From: Marsupella aquatica
Lineage: Eukaryota; Plantae; Marchantiophyta
Length of the DNA: 64,000 nucleotides
NCBI GenBank assembly: GCA_973895155.1
Contig: OZ316896.1
Location: forward strand, 17,906,754 to 17,970,753
Direction: 5' to 3'
The notes under the pieces were generated by a model. That model did not search any database, had not been told where the DNA came from, and saw only the letters and a program-made list of their open reading frames with translations. Numbering within the stretch: position 1 is the stretch's first letter; each line of letters starts with the position of its first letter. This document shows, piece after piece, positions 9,501 to 21,400 of the stretch. The position numbers and the translations under genes were made by a program.

Positions 9501-12419
9501 TAAAATGGATACTTGTGATCTTCTTTTTGATAGTAAGGTACTCAATGAAGAGCCCATTTGGTGTGAATGTATAAATCCTTGTTTACTTGGAATTGTTTTA
9601 CGAGAGAGGTCTAATCTTAGCCACAAACTGAAATGGTTTTTCTCGAAGTGAATATATATTTAAAAAAAGGCGTTGACTCGCGAGGTACTGTCAGTAGGTG
9701 TTAGTGCTTGTTTTGAATTTTTCTGAAGAAAGTTTCCACGCCAATGTTTTCTTTCACTACCTGCTTTCTTCATTCAGGCCACTTTTTTGTCAAAAATGAG
9801 CCATAGGGCATGTCTGGTTAAGCAAACTACACATGCCTGGTTAAGCAGATATATTCTTTTTGAATTTTGTTTGCTAACTGCACAAAAACAGTCATGACCT
9901 TTCAATTGCGAAAAGATCTATTTAATTTTGACCAATGTTAGAAAACCGGATGAGAGATATTGAATGGTAATTCTGTGTTGTTTGGTTGTAATTTCCATTG
10001 GTTCCACTTACTGCATTCCAAGTCTAGGAAATCATCTGTATGCTAGAGTCAATTTGCTGGAGCAGATCATGCAACTTCAGAAGGTCAGAATATTTAAAAA
10101 CTGTTTCATAGCTGGTCAGCTGTAACACTTACCCTTGAATTTTTTACTTTGTTCAGGAAAGCGTCACTCCCGTTAATACTGGGGACGCCGAAAACAGAAC
10201 TCTACCAGAAAACTCAACTGCAGAGACTTCCACCCGGGTCGTCGACAAATTTGTACGTTGTGACGAGTGTTCAATGAGAGTACCCATAGAGGGCCCGAGA
10301 TTCAAGTCTATGGTACAATATGACTATGATTTGTGTGGCGGGTGTTTTGAGAAGGGCGGTCACAGAAAAGACCAGTATGTTCGTATTGATCTACCTAATG
10401 TAAGTAACCGCAAGCGACTGACCGACCTCTTGAAAGAATTTTAAAGATATTTGTAATGAGCATTTCATCTCCTCACACAAAACTTTTACTATGGAAGGTT
10501 TGGCTGGACGCAAACACAGCATTCCTGTTGGAATATTAGAATGTATTGAAACAGAGTGCATGATCCACCTTCTGGAACACATGTGCTAATTGAGCTACTT
10601 TCAAATGATGTAGAAAGTATACAAGTCAGTAAAGTGATTTAAATTAGAGAGGTTGAAGGAAGATCAGATAGCTGTAGCACAAACATGTCAAACCTCTGAC
10701 ATGCCTGCACTGGATGTTTTGAAATGAATCTGCGTACAATGGTGGAAATTTTGACCCATAGTTGCCTTTGCTAATATCGCGTGCTCTCCCGAGGCATCTG
10801 GAGTGTTGAGGCTGTCCTACTCTCCCAAGGATATACTAATAAAGAGGAGATGAAAGAGGTTACATTAAGAAACAAATTCTAAGCCGGTTGTAGAGGACTG
10901 AGCACAGGATTATTTTTTATTGGATTGTTGATTCTATGGGGATGAAATAAAAACTGAATTTTGAGTTGGGATTTGTAGGATTATCGAGCTATCCGTGAGG
11001 GCCTCAGAGCAAATGTACAATCACATTCTGATGAGGTTTGTTTGTTACCTTTTCTTGACAAAGGGAAAACCTCGGGGCATGATGAGGTTTGTTGATGAGA
11101 TTTTGGAAAAGTTATTGTGGAAAAACACTCTAACCCAGGCCTTAGTATAGATTAGACGAGTATATAAAACTAAAGGTGTATTTGAGTTTTTCTTCTCAGA
11201 TGGTCCAACATGAAGAGCTACTGTAGTTTGGTGTGAATGGTTAAAACCTCTAACTTACTTTAAGGTAATAATAATGATAAAATGTTCTGAAGAGATGGAA
11301 CTTATCAGGATAACAAAAGCCTTTACTCAAAATTTATGGAAACTGTCTCGGGATTTCTAAGATGACCAAATGCTAGAAAGCTTGGACTGTCTACTACAAT
11401 ATATCTGTAGTTTTGAGGTTGTCCACGTGTCTCCCAAAGATACGTTCGAAAAGGTAAGATAAATGTGATGATATTCACAAACAAAGTCTAAGAAGGTAGG
11501 TTGTAATCTGTTTTATTGTTCTAATTCTGATTTTCAACGTAAAGTCTGAGACGGTAGTAGAGGACCAAGTACCAGCAAATTTCGTGAATCATCACTATTT
11601 AGGAGTAATTCAAAGCTGCGGCCTTCATTACTTCCGCTTACAGTAGTTAGAAAAACTAACCTGTTGTCTGGTGCCGTTGATGGTATTTGGTAGGACTTGC
11701 CCCCTCTTGAAGGAAGCACATTGTGCAATATGCGAAATCTGAGATATCTGGAGATGCACGGCTTAAGCATTGATCAAACTCATGGTGCAACACTGCCGTC
11801 GACACTCGTCTCCCTTAGGATGCGTCGAGTGCAGTTTTCTGATTTTCCTTTCCGTCCAAGCGACCATGAGCGGATGGCCATTCTGAGGATAGCGGATTGT
11901 GCTGGACTTCGTACCCTTCCCACTACTTTTGGCCGACTCTCTTCCCTTCAAGTGTTAAATATTACTGGGGCTCCTGATTTGAAGACCTTGCCTGACTCGC
12001 TTGGGAGTTTACGAAAGCTCTCAATTCTATGGCTATCCGATTGTTCGAGTCTATCGGAGTTACCGAAAATATTTGGTCAATTGGTATCTTTGAAACAGTT
12101 AACAATATTTGACTGTGATGCTCTATCAGCCTTGCCAAAGTCGTTTGGATTTTTACCAAAACTCAAAATTCTGTCTATCCGAGGCTGTCGTCGTCTTCAC
12201 ACCCTGCCCGATACATTCCTGGAGCTTCAAGGATTGAAGAAGTTAAAACTAGACGGGACATATTTGCAGAGCATTCCCAACTTGGAGAATCTTAGGTCAT
12301 TGGAAGATCTCGATGTACATCAGGATGCTCCTGATATTGCAATCGAGAGTCTATCCGATTTGATTCGTTGGAAGGCTGAGAGTGAAGCTCGTGAGGTTGA
12401 GGAAACTCGTCATGAATAA
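6501..12419 (+). CDS. alpha/beta-hydrolase-NB-ARC-ZZ-LRR immune receptor (HNL with integrated ZZ domain), copy 1, ~1009 aa
   Basis: Predicted exons 6501-6566, 6788-7438, 7763-7933, 8056-9114, 9357-9413, 10157-10399, 10979-11035, 11694-12419; all introns GT-AG and phase 0, frame open. Hydrolase motifs FFHG, GHSFGG, STPHHG, ADHISIC (SERAC1/PGAP1/SesB-like). NB-ARC motifs GMGGIGKT, LLVLDDV, SRFVVTSRD, GLAL, MHE. About 9 LxxLPxxFGxLxxLxxLxIxxC repeats. Confidence 0.9.
10157..10399 (+). other. Integrated ZZ-type zinc-finger exon (plant NBR1-like) of HNL1
   Basis: 243-nt phase-0 exon (TTCAG|GAA...AAT|GTAAGT) encoding ...RCDECSMRVPIEGPRFKSMVQYDYDLCGGCFEKGGHRKDQYVRID. Not in the ORF track. Confidence 0.85.
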
Positions 12420-12511
12420 AGTTGAGCTCTTGCAGACAAATATTTATCCAGCGGCCATTCTCTACTCCCACACCGTACGTATCGGCTGACTGAAGGGGGA
12501 AGGGCAATCCT

Positions 12512-12820
12512 CTGCAAGTAATCTTGTAGCAGTAAACATCACTCTGGCTAGTCTCGTCCGGCTTGGCAAGTGAATAACTGAAACACCGGCGAGGAAAACA
12601 CGTCTGGTATCTGAGAACGGCGACAATATCGACTCCTTCCCGAGCTCCTTCCTATTATATTGTTCAGTGGAGCAAGACATGTGAGATGAAGCACAGTAGC
12701 ATTGAAATAATTGTCGGGAGCAGTCTACAGCTACATCCGGATTGCACGTGATCCCTTGAATCCATCGGCTTGGGAAAGATTTACGTGGAAAGAAAGGTCC
12801 AGATAAATGTGCAATCTCGC
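12512..12820 (+). repeat. ~310-bp flanking direct-repeat element, downstream of HNL1
   Basis: Homologous to 5170-5500 (e.g. TATATTGTTCAGTGG, ACAGCTACATCC, GTCCAGATAAATGTGCAATCTCGC). Confidence 0.8.
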
Positions 12821-14779
12821 TATTCTCCACCTACCTAATGCATTCCTGTACCTTCAGAGACTCGAGCCCTTAGGCCTACTAAGGACATATTTGGAAAGCA
12901 TTCCTGACTTAGAACGTTCTCCGCTAATATATATATTTTTTTAAAGTAGTTTTCCGCTGTTGAAAGAATCCTGGTTGTCTTTGGCTGTGGAAAGTGGTCG
13001 CAACGAGAATGGAGCACTTGCAGGCTGTGAATTGTCGAACAGCCATTTGTCTGCCACATCTCCCAATCCATCTCGATCTGAGAAAGGAAGGGGCATCATC
13101 GGCAAGTAATCTTCCAGCAATCACCATCACTCTGGCGAGTCCATAGATTAGAACTTCTGGAACGTGTACGTTCGGAACAGATTGGTTGTCCTCTGCCAAC
13201 CCCAAATTCTTGATAGATTGGCTTTTTGTGTTGGAAATCAAATGGTTTCCATGTAATTTAACGCAACGAAGTTCGCTACATTAGTGACTGTCCTCTATCG
13301 TAGTTTTAGCTCCACTCCCGGGATCTCCGGGAGCTTTCCTCTGTGACATATGCGTGCTCCACTCCTTCCCCTAAGGATACTTTCTTGTGGCTGCCGTTTG
13401 TACCTTAGCTCTTCTTGCTGGCCTAAGTTTCCTTTCTGCTCCTGTATTTAGCTGGGCTCCCCCCGCTGGGTCTCTCATGCATTCAGCATCAATAAACATT
13501 CCTAGAAAGTTTATATTTTGGAGGCAACAGGTTCTTCCTATCTTGATTCTGGTGTGATCCATCTGGCTAGTAAATTAGTCTCACCGGGATCGGGAATTGC
13601 ACAACCGAAACGCCTGTGAGTGAAACACTGTTGGTCATGGAGTACAGTGATCCAGACAAGGGACATGAAAGCAGAGCAAAATTTGCCTTTCCTAGGAGCA
13701 GTCTAGGAACTCAGATCTCAGCCTGAATGACGTTGAATGCTAAACGTTGAACTCCATCTGTTAACAGGTAATGTCGGTAATTTCATTCTCCTCCAACAAA
13801 TTTCAAATCTTCATTCTCATTTCGAGCGAGACTAACGACATTATAGCTGAATGTTTGCTACGAGACATTCAGGTGATGGTCTAGTGATATAGTCTTCCCT
13901 GGAGGGCCCACCCTGATCCTCTGATTTCGGAAAGCCTCGAGCATCGGCAATTTTGTGTTCTGAAATATTGGGCTGTAGGGCATTAAATTTGAAGTCGATG
14001 ATGCTGGTGGCAGTTTGGAGTGATGGCCCCAGGGGCTGATAGTTGGGGTAGGGGGATGGGTAGCACGGGGATCCCCAATCTGGGGTCATGGCCCGCGCTC
14101 ATTTTGAGCTACTGGTGCTGCCTGGGCGCTCTTGCGTGGTCTCCTACCTTTTCATTTTCAAATTAATTCGTGGACCCCATGTTCATCCAAAGAATGTGTG
14201 TTTGATGAAGTGAAATCAATTTTCAACAAGGCGGTAATCGACGGTTTTGAGTCTCTCGATGGTCTTGGTGTGTGCTCGTACAAAAGAAAACGCTCAAAAG
14301 ATAGAGAGGAGATTTATCAACGGAAGGTTGAATATGGAGGAATTGAGTTTTTTGACGATTTTTGCTTACACATTGGAGAAATCGTGTTTCTATCATTCAT
14401 GATTGATCGTTTGTGAGTTACATTGAGCATTACCGCCACAAGACAGACTAGAGGACAACACTTAGCTATTGGCAAAAGAACGCTTGTCGATTCGGTGGGA
14501 AGAACACACAAAACAAACGAGTCATCGCTTCACATGAAGGATTTATAATTTTTTTATTTAAGAAAGCTATAGTGTGAAAGGGAGCCCAACAATTGTTTCT
14601 TTGACATAGTGGCTGCATTTGGCGTCAACCTATGTTCAGAGTGAGCTTCAGTTGAAGACTAGAGGAATGCGAACAATTCAATCCGGGAAGCAAGCATTGT
14701 GGACAAGGGATGGCGACGTAATCAAAAAAATCAATTTTCAACGGCTAAGTTTGTGAAGGTGATGAGATTGTGATATCTC

Positions 14780-15275
14780 TTAATCGAGAAAAGGTTTCCA
14801 ATGAGCCTCAAATTGACAAATTTTGTCAAGTTTCAAATGAGTTTTTGAATTTCTTTGTCTTTCCAATGAGTGTGAGTATAAGAAATATTGATCATGAGTC
14901 CATGAATTTTTTTAGCTTTCCAATATTGAGTCCGACATTGACAAATTTTACGTCAGATTTTGTCACGATACTAAAGAGATCACGAGGTTTTCAATCTCTC
15001 TAGCTTTCTAATGTGTGACATTGAGATTATTCGTCAAAAATTAGAGAGATCATGAGTATCTGAATTTCTCTAGCTTTCCAATGAACCTAGCATTGATAGA
15101 TTTTGTCAAATACTAAGGAGACGATGAGTTTTTAATTTTACTTTAGCTTTCCAATGAGTGTGACATTGATATATTTTATCAAGACAATACTAAAGAGGTC
15201 ACGAGTTTCTAAATCTTGATCTTGAGTTTTCCAATGAATCAAACATTGACATATTTTTTCAAATACTAAGGAGAT
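14780..15275 (+). repeat. Degenerate ~65-70-bp tandem repeat array
   Basis: Recurring core TAGCTTTCCAATGA...CATTGA...TTTTGTCAAATACTAAGGAG, about 7 units. The same family occurs inverted at ~47580-48345. Confidence 0.75.
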
Positions 15276-18200
15276 TGATTATTTAATTTTACTATGTACA
15301 TTTCTATTGGTTGGTTTTTTCAAGCTTGCAAATAATTAAAAAATACAAGCATTTTGATATAAAACACTGATATATCTTTGACAAACATCAAATTGGTAAC
15401 TTTATTTTACTAAATGACATATCTCTCTTTGTATTTTGGTTTTTTTTACGTTCAATATTTACGGTATGGCGCCCCAAAAATTATGTTGTTTTTGCCACAA
15501 ACAGGATTGTGCACATTTGTTATTGTTAAAAGTAGGACTGCGCAACCTCATGGCAAAGAATTTGCAAGAGACCTCTCATGGAGGTCCGTAATGAATTTCC
15601 TACTCGTGTGGTTTAACGAGACCAGAGCGTTGAGACGATAGATCAACAGCTATACACACTTTGAGAAGGCAAACTACAGTATTGTATCGACCACATGAAA
15701 GCTCATTAGCTTATTCCATGAGGTTTTCATTGATACCAAAATTATTCATGAAATTCAAAATTACGGAAAAGATGATGGCTGCAATTTTCACTTCAAAATA
15801 GTGATACACGATTCTACAAACTGATCAAATAACCTGTCCCAGTGAAAATTTGAAACAGTTTTCCTTTCATAAAAAATTGCTATCTGAGTCTACGAAATGA
15901 TTAATTAAGCTATCCCACTGAAAGTTTCGAGTAGTTCTCACTCCATTTGTAGTGCTATTCGCTAGTACAAAATCATCAACATGAGTTGTCCCAGTGAATC
16001 TTTCAAACCCACTTTCCCAGACTTTTGTAACTAACCCATTAAAAAGTATGGAACTTATGGATCAAACAAGTATTGAAGTTTGAACCCGCTTTAGTGTCCA
16101 CTAAAAATCCATAACCCATTGCTTCCACGCCCCACAATGTTCACAAATCTAATTTGCGGTTTGCGGGTAAACCTAGCCAGTGATTTAAGTTTTGCAGGGC
16201 AATTATAGCACATTTGCCCCGCCAACAGGGTCTTAAACAGTTGCACTGCTCAGGGATTTTTCATTCTTTCTATTTGTATACTCTTTTTTCTTTCCACACC
16301 TTAGGCAAACCTGGAAACTCCAGGTTTAACTTTTTACTAAGAGACAGACAAGTAGAAGACAAAGATGGAAACTGTAGTAGGTTTCAGCTTCTTACAAACA
16401 GACAAGTCGAACGACCACGGTTCGAGGCCAAGTCAAACGACCTCACACGGGCTTACTGCTTTACAGAGCCCAAACGGATCAGAGTGGTCGGAGCTGTTTG
16501 CAACTTAGTTGCTGAATCAGAATCTCTTTATTGAATCTCTCGTCAATTAGACAGCTTCAATTCAATTTCTGCCACCTAAATCACACAGCGTCCAGTCAAT
16601 CTCTGCCACTTCAGTCAAACAGCTTTTAATTCAATCTCTACCTCGTCATTCAGACAGCTCCGAGTCAACACTCTCTTCAATTGATTTATCTTCCTACTAA
16701 AATATTGCGTTTAACTCAGACAGCTCCGAGTCAACACTCTCTTCAATTGATTTATCTTCCTACTAAAATACTGCGTTTAACACAGAAAAAAGGTCTGCCT
16801 ATGACTCACCGTGCATACTTTCTTGCTGGTCAAGCAAAAGGACTTTTATTATCGTCACACGAAGACTGTAGTTTGTGGGTCCAGAGCATGGCAGGCTATC
16901 TCGTTGCCACCACACTGAAAATATTGAAACAATTGGAAATGACAAAGTATTGGGAAAGTTGGCCAAGAACACATTCACGGTTTTGGATAGCTGCAGACCT
17001 GCAGAGGCTTGGTCAGGTTCTGCAACCGCAGAGAGATTTTGTAGTAGTAGACGGGCACTCATTGGCAAGTAATCTTCTACGAAAGAACATGACTCTGTCT
17101 AGTCTTACCCGGAGAACTGGCAAGTCCCACTCGGATTGGGAAGTCTCACAACTGAAACAGCTGCGAGAGAGAACTGTCTGGTCTCTGGAGTACGGTGACA
17201 ATGTATCGACTCCTTCCTAGACTGTATATTGTTCAGTGGATCTAGACACGGGAGATGCAGCATAGTAGAGTTGGAATAATTGTCGCGGAGCAGTGTCCAG
17301 CTACATCCTGAATGCACGTCCCTTGAATCCGTCGGCTAGGGTACGATTTATATGGAGAGATATGTCCAGATAAATGTGCAATCTCGCAGAGAGAGTTTGT
17401 AGCAGTGGACTCCGCAAAATTCCGAAACAAAGTGCTGTGGATCGCCTGTTGTCTCCGTAGGTTGGAGCAGTATCATGTGTCACTGTGTCCCCTCTAAATT
17501 TTGCTTGATGATGGGGACATCTGCCTACCAGAGTCACAGAACGGAGCCCTTTCTGAGTAGATTGGCCCATTAACAACGGCCATCACGGGATCGACACCAA
17601 CCGTGTTGATCTTGACGTTGATCTGCCGCGATTGAAGTTTTTGTGGACGAAGTGCTGGACCTTCTCGTCGCCGGATCTGGACGGATCGCAGGACTGATTG
17701 GGCTGGGAGCTTTTTCGAGTACGTCTGACGACGGGAGGTCGGAAGGGAGGTAGCTTAAACTAGTTGCATTCTTCTCTGTCGGTCTACCACCCGGACAAAT
17801 TCATGAACATCAGGTGAGACTTTTGCACAGGAAAGAAGTTGCTGTCTTAAACATTATCTCAAACAAATACACTCAAATTTTGGAACTGTCATGGCGTGAT
17901 ATATTACGTTTAGGACAAAGCAAGCTATTGTTGTGGTATTTCTCACATTCGACTTGATCTCATCTAGTGAATGGTTTGCCGCTATCCGGCAACAAGTTTA
18001 TGTTGTGCGATGACGTGTCTACAGTAATGCCTGGTGGTACTCATTCTCCCAATTGGCCTACGCGCGAGCGGGACTGCTGCAAACTGATCACCTCAATTAG
18101 GTTAGGATCTTTCTAGAGGTAGTTCGGGGCTCCTCTTCTCGTTCATCCAAACATTGATTCAAAACTTCGGACGAAAGTAAGCAAGTTCTGTTTAAATCTG

Positions 18201-18410
18201 TGTCATTTGGTTCCTACTGCGAGTTGAAGTCTCTGCAAGCTGACGCAGAGTCTACGATTGGGTTTACATGGTCATCAGTTTCGTTCTTGCCCCGATTAAT
18301 ATGTGGAATTGATGTTTGTAGGTAAGCATTTGGAGGCTCGGCAGAGCCCGCCCACTCTGGAGTTAGCTGCAAAATTGACAAGTTCTCAGCAATTAAACTA
18401 AGCCATCGCT

Positions 18411-21400
18411 ATGGCTCAGCAGGCCTCCTCTGGTCGCAGCCAAACTGCAGAGCCCTCCAATCACACAATTACGCAGGTATCTTACGGCATTAACCGCGAT
18501 CTTGACCTCTTTGGGAGTTCCTGTTCAGTCTATTTGGTGGTACTTTCGACATATGTAACGTGAAGATATTTCTCAATGATGAGTATTCTGAGATTCATCT
18601 ATATATGTAAGTTTTCAATTTTGTGTTGTATCCAATCTCAAGTCGTATACAGCTAATTTTTATGCCTACTTTATGTCGGCGTGCTTGGGTTTTACAGCTT
18701 AATGAATCTCTCTTTGAACTTCACAAACCGAAAGGCCGACCTAGCATGGTCCTGTTGTTCTTTCACGGCTTTCAGCATAGGAATTATGAAAATGCCCATT
18801 TGACGGCATGGAAAACTAAGGATGGACGAGAGGATGGATCATCCACATGGCTCCAGGCTTGGCTGGCTGATGACGACCAGTACCCCGACGCTCACATTCT
18901 TTCTGTTGCATATAATGCTAGCTTAATGAAAAGCAAAGAAGAAGGATGCTTTGACCTCTACATCGTAGGGGAAAATATAATTTCAGATTTGCTAGAGGCA
19001 AATATTGCCCAAGATCTCCACTGTCCCATAGTATTGGTAGGACACAGTTTTGGGGGCCTCGTGGTAAAGGAAGTGTGTGTTCAGGCACATAAGAGAGGCA
19101 GCACGGGTAGCTCCAAGCACAAAATCTTTCTGGAAAATATCAAGGGGGTATTTTTCTATTCCACCCCTCATCATGGGATTTCAGGAGAAATTTCAGAGTA
19201 TTTTGTGAGCAAAACAAATGAACCCTTGTTGGAATTCGTGAAACTCCTTAGTACATCTGCGGCAAGATTGCGTGACGACTTTGACAAGGTACGAGAGCAG
19301 TGCGCTTGGCAGACGGCAGGAGTAGGAGAAGGTTTACCCACCCACCTGGTACGGGCATTCTCTCTGACTCTTATGAAATGGAAATATATTGAAGGTCAAA
19401 TCAATGATCATACAATACTTACACACAAAACACTCTTTTAGATCGTTGACGTACTAGTTTGTTTCAATTTATTCCAAAGAACAGATAGACAAAGGCAAAG
19501 CGCAGTAACAGATTCATAGTGAAGTGCAACTCTATGGATGCAATCTACTTTAGTAGTAATTCATCTAAAGTAGCATATAAACGAGTTGATAAAGAGTAAT
19601 TTGTATGAAGGATATTGTAGATACTTCATTCATTGGATCGTCAGTTAGTTGTTTGCTTGTACATGCACAGAGCACATTTAAAAAACAGGTAATTGTACCA
19701 GAAGGATCGTCAAGATATGGAGACGCCTTTGTTATCGTGCCAGACGCTGATCACATATCAATCTGTCGGCCAATATCAAAAATCTCAAGACCGTTCACGT
19801 CCTTGTCCAGCTTCCTGCGTGGAGTTTCCACTACTTGGAAGGTGAAGTCAAATTCTCGGGCCCTCATAATTTTGGTGTATTTCATACAGAAGGTAATGTT
19901 ATGTCACTTTGTGCCCACCGGTACTTATTTTTATATTTGCTTTTCATTGTTGACTTACAGAGACCAGCCCGTCCTCACAACCATCAATCTTTGCCTACGT
20001 CAATGATTGGTATTGATAACGTCATGAAGGAACTCAAACAGCAGCTTAAGACGGTCACCAGTTTAGGCTTGGCGGGTATGGGAGGGATTGGAAAGACCAC
20101 CATGGCCAAGGCGTTATTCAATGAAATGGAGCATCTTTATGAGTACACCTGTTTCGTTGGGGATGTGAAGAATTACAGTGAACACAAGGTTGAGGGTATG
20201 GTTTTAAGGAACATGCATCACATGGGAAAGAGGTTCACAGAGAAGGATGGTGGGTTAGAGTTCTTGGAGGGGAAACAGTTACTGTTGGTTCTCGATGATG
20301 TGGCCTCAGAAAAACACATTATGCTCTTGACAACCTTGATTAGTGACATTGGCGTCCATGAAGATAGTCGCTTTGTGGTAACATCGAGAGATAGTGAACT
20401 TCTAAATCAATGCTTGGAGGCAGTGCACCCTATGCCGTTTCTAAGCCAAGGAGATGCGAAGAAACTTTTCTTGACCCATGCTGTTAGGCAAGAAGCTTCT
20501 CCTTCTTCTGAGGAACACATAGACATTGTTGTGAAAAAGTGCGGTGGGCTGGCTTTGACTCTGGAAGTCATAGGGAAGCATCTGTATAGAAAACCTGTGG
20601 CGGTTTGGAAGGAAGCTATTCCAATACTGGACCGGGCAGATACTGTCCATGGATTTGATGAGAAATTGTGGAGTAAGCTTCGGATAAGTTTTGATGGTTT
20701 GGATCTTGAGGAGAAACACATGTTCCTAGATTGTGCAACAGTATTCCGTGGGGAACCTCTAAGTACAGCAAAGGTAGCATGGAGCGTCACCACAAATGGG
20801 CTGCAAGAGACACTGTGGCAACATCTTCTTGACTTATCGTTAGTCTGGGAAGTTCCTCTGTTCGGGTATCTAACTTGTGGCATGCATGAGCAACTTTTGA
20901 GCCTCGGGAGGAAAATAGCATCAAATGATGCGGAATATGGCCTCAGGATTTGGGATGACCATACTAGGGGTTTCCGTTTGCTGTCAGCTAAGGATTGCAA
21001 TGAGAATGATGTGAAGGTGAGTTTGAAGAGTATGGTCTCGATCTGAGAACTTCCGTTCACTGCAGCCAAGAATTGCTTAATTAGGGGTTTGCCTCTTGGC
21101 CATTATTGAATGCTGCATGCTGTACATCTAACTAAGGAAGGTCTCCAATCTGGATCTTCTGAACATATGACTAATACGGAGGATTATTCCACTTTGATCA
21201 TGTACAGGGCTATGTGTAGAAATTCAGTTTTGAGAAAAAGATTGACTTGTGAGTTGGGATTTGTAGGACATTGCTGCTATCAATGTGGAGGGAGGAGGAA
21301 GAGTACATTTGTCTTTACTTGAGGTTTGTTGGTGGCTTTTTGAAAAAGTTGTTTTGGAAAAGTTATAATTAACGCAAACCTTCTATACATGAATGCTTAG

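Larger units (their letters stand above)
4331..12820 (+). repeat. Tandem segmental duplication, unit 1 (HNL gene plus flanks)
   Basis: Colinear with 16234-24275, from TTAAACA[C/G]TTGCACTGCTCAGGG through promoter, all exons and 3' flank. Offset is about 11.9 kb at the 5' end. Confidence 0.95.

Noticed and set aside
13343-13529. Possible solo LTR (TG...CA with AATAAA)
   Set aside because: No target-site duplication and no second copy in the window.
16681-17220. 179-aa ORF upstream of HNL2
   Set aside because: Non-ATG start, built partly from a tandem duplication, and frameshifted or stopped in the paralogous region of unit 1.
20407-21069. 220-aa minus-strand ORF (also 8502-8888)
   Set aside because: Antisense shadow of the NB-ARC exon; not conserved at full length between copies and has no domain.
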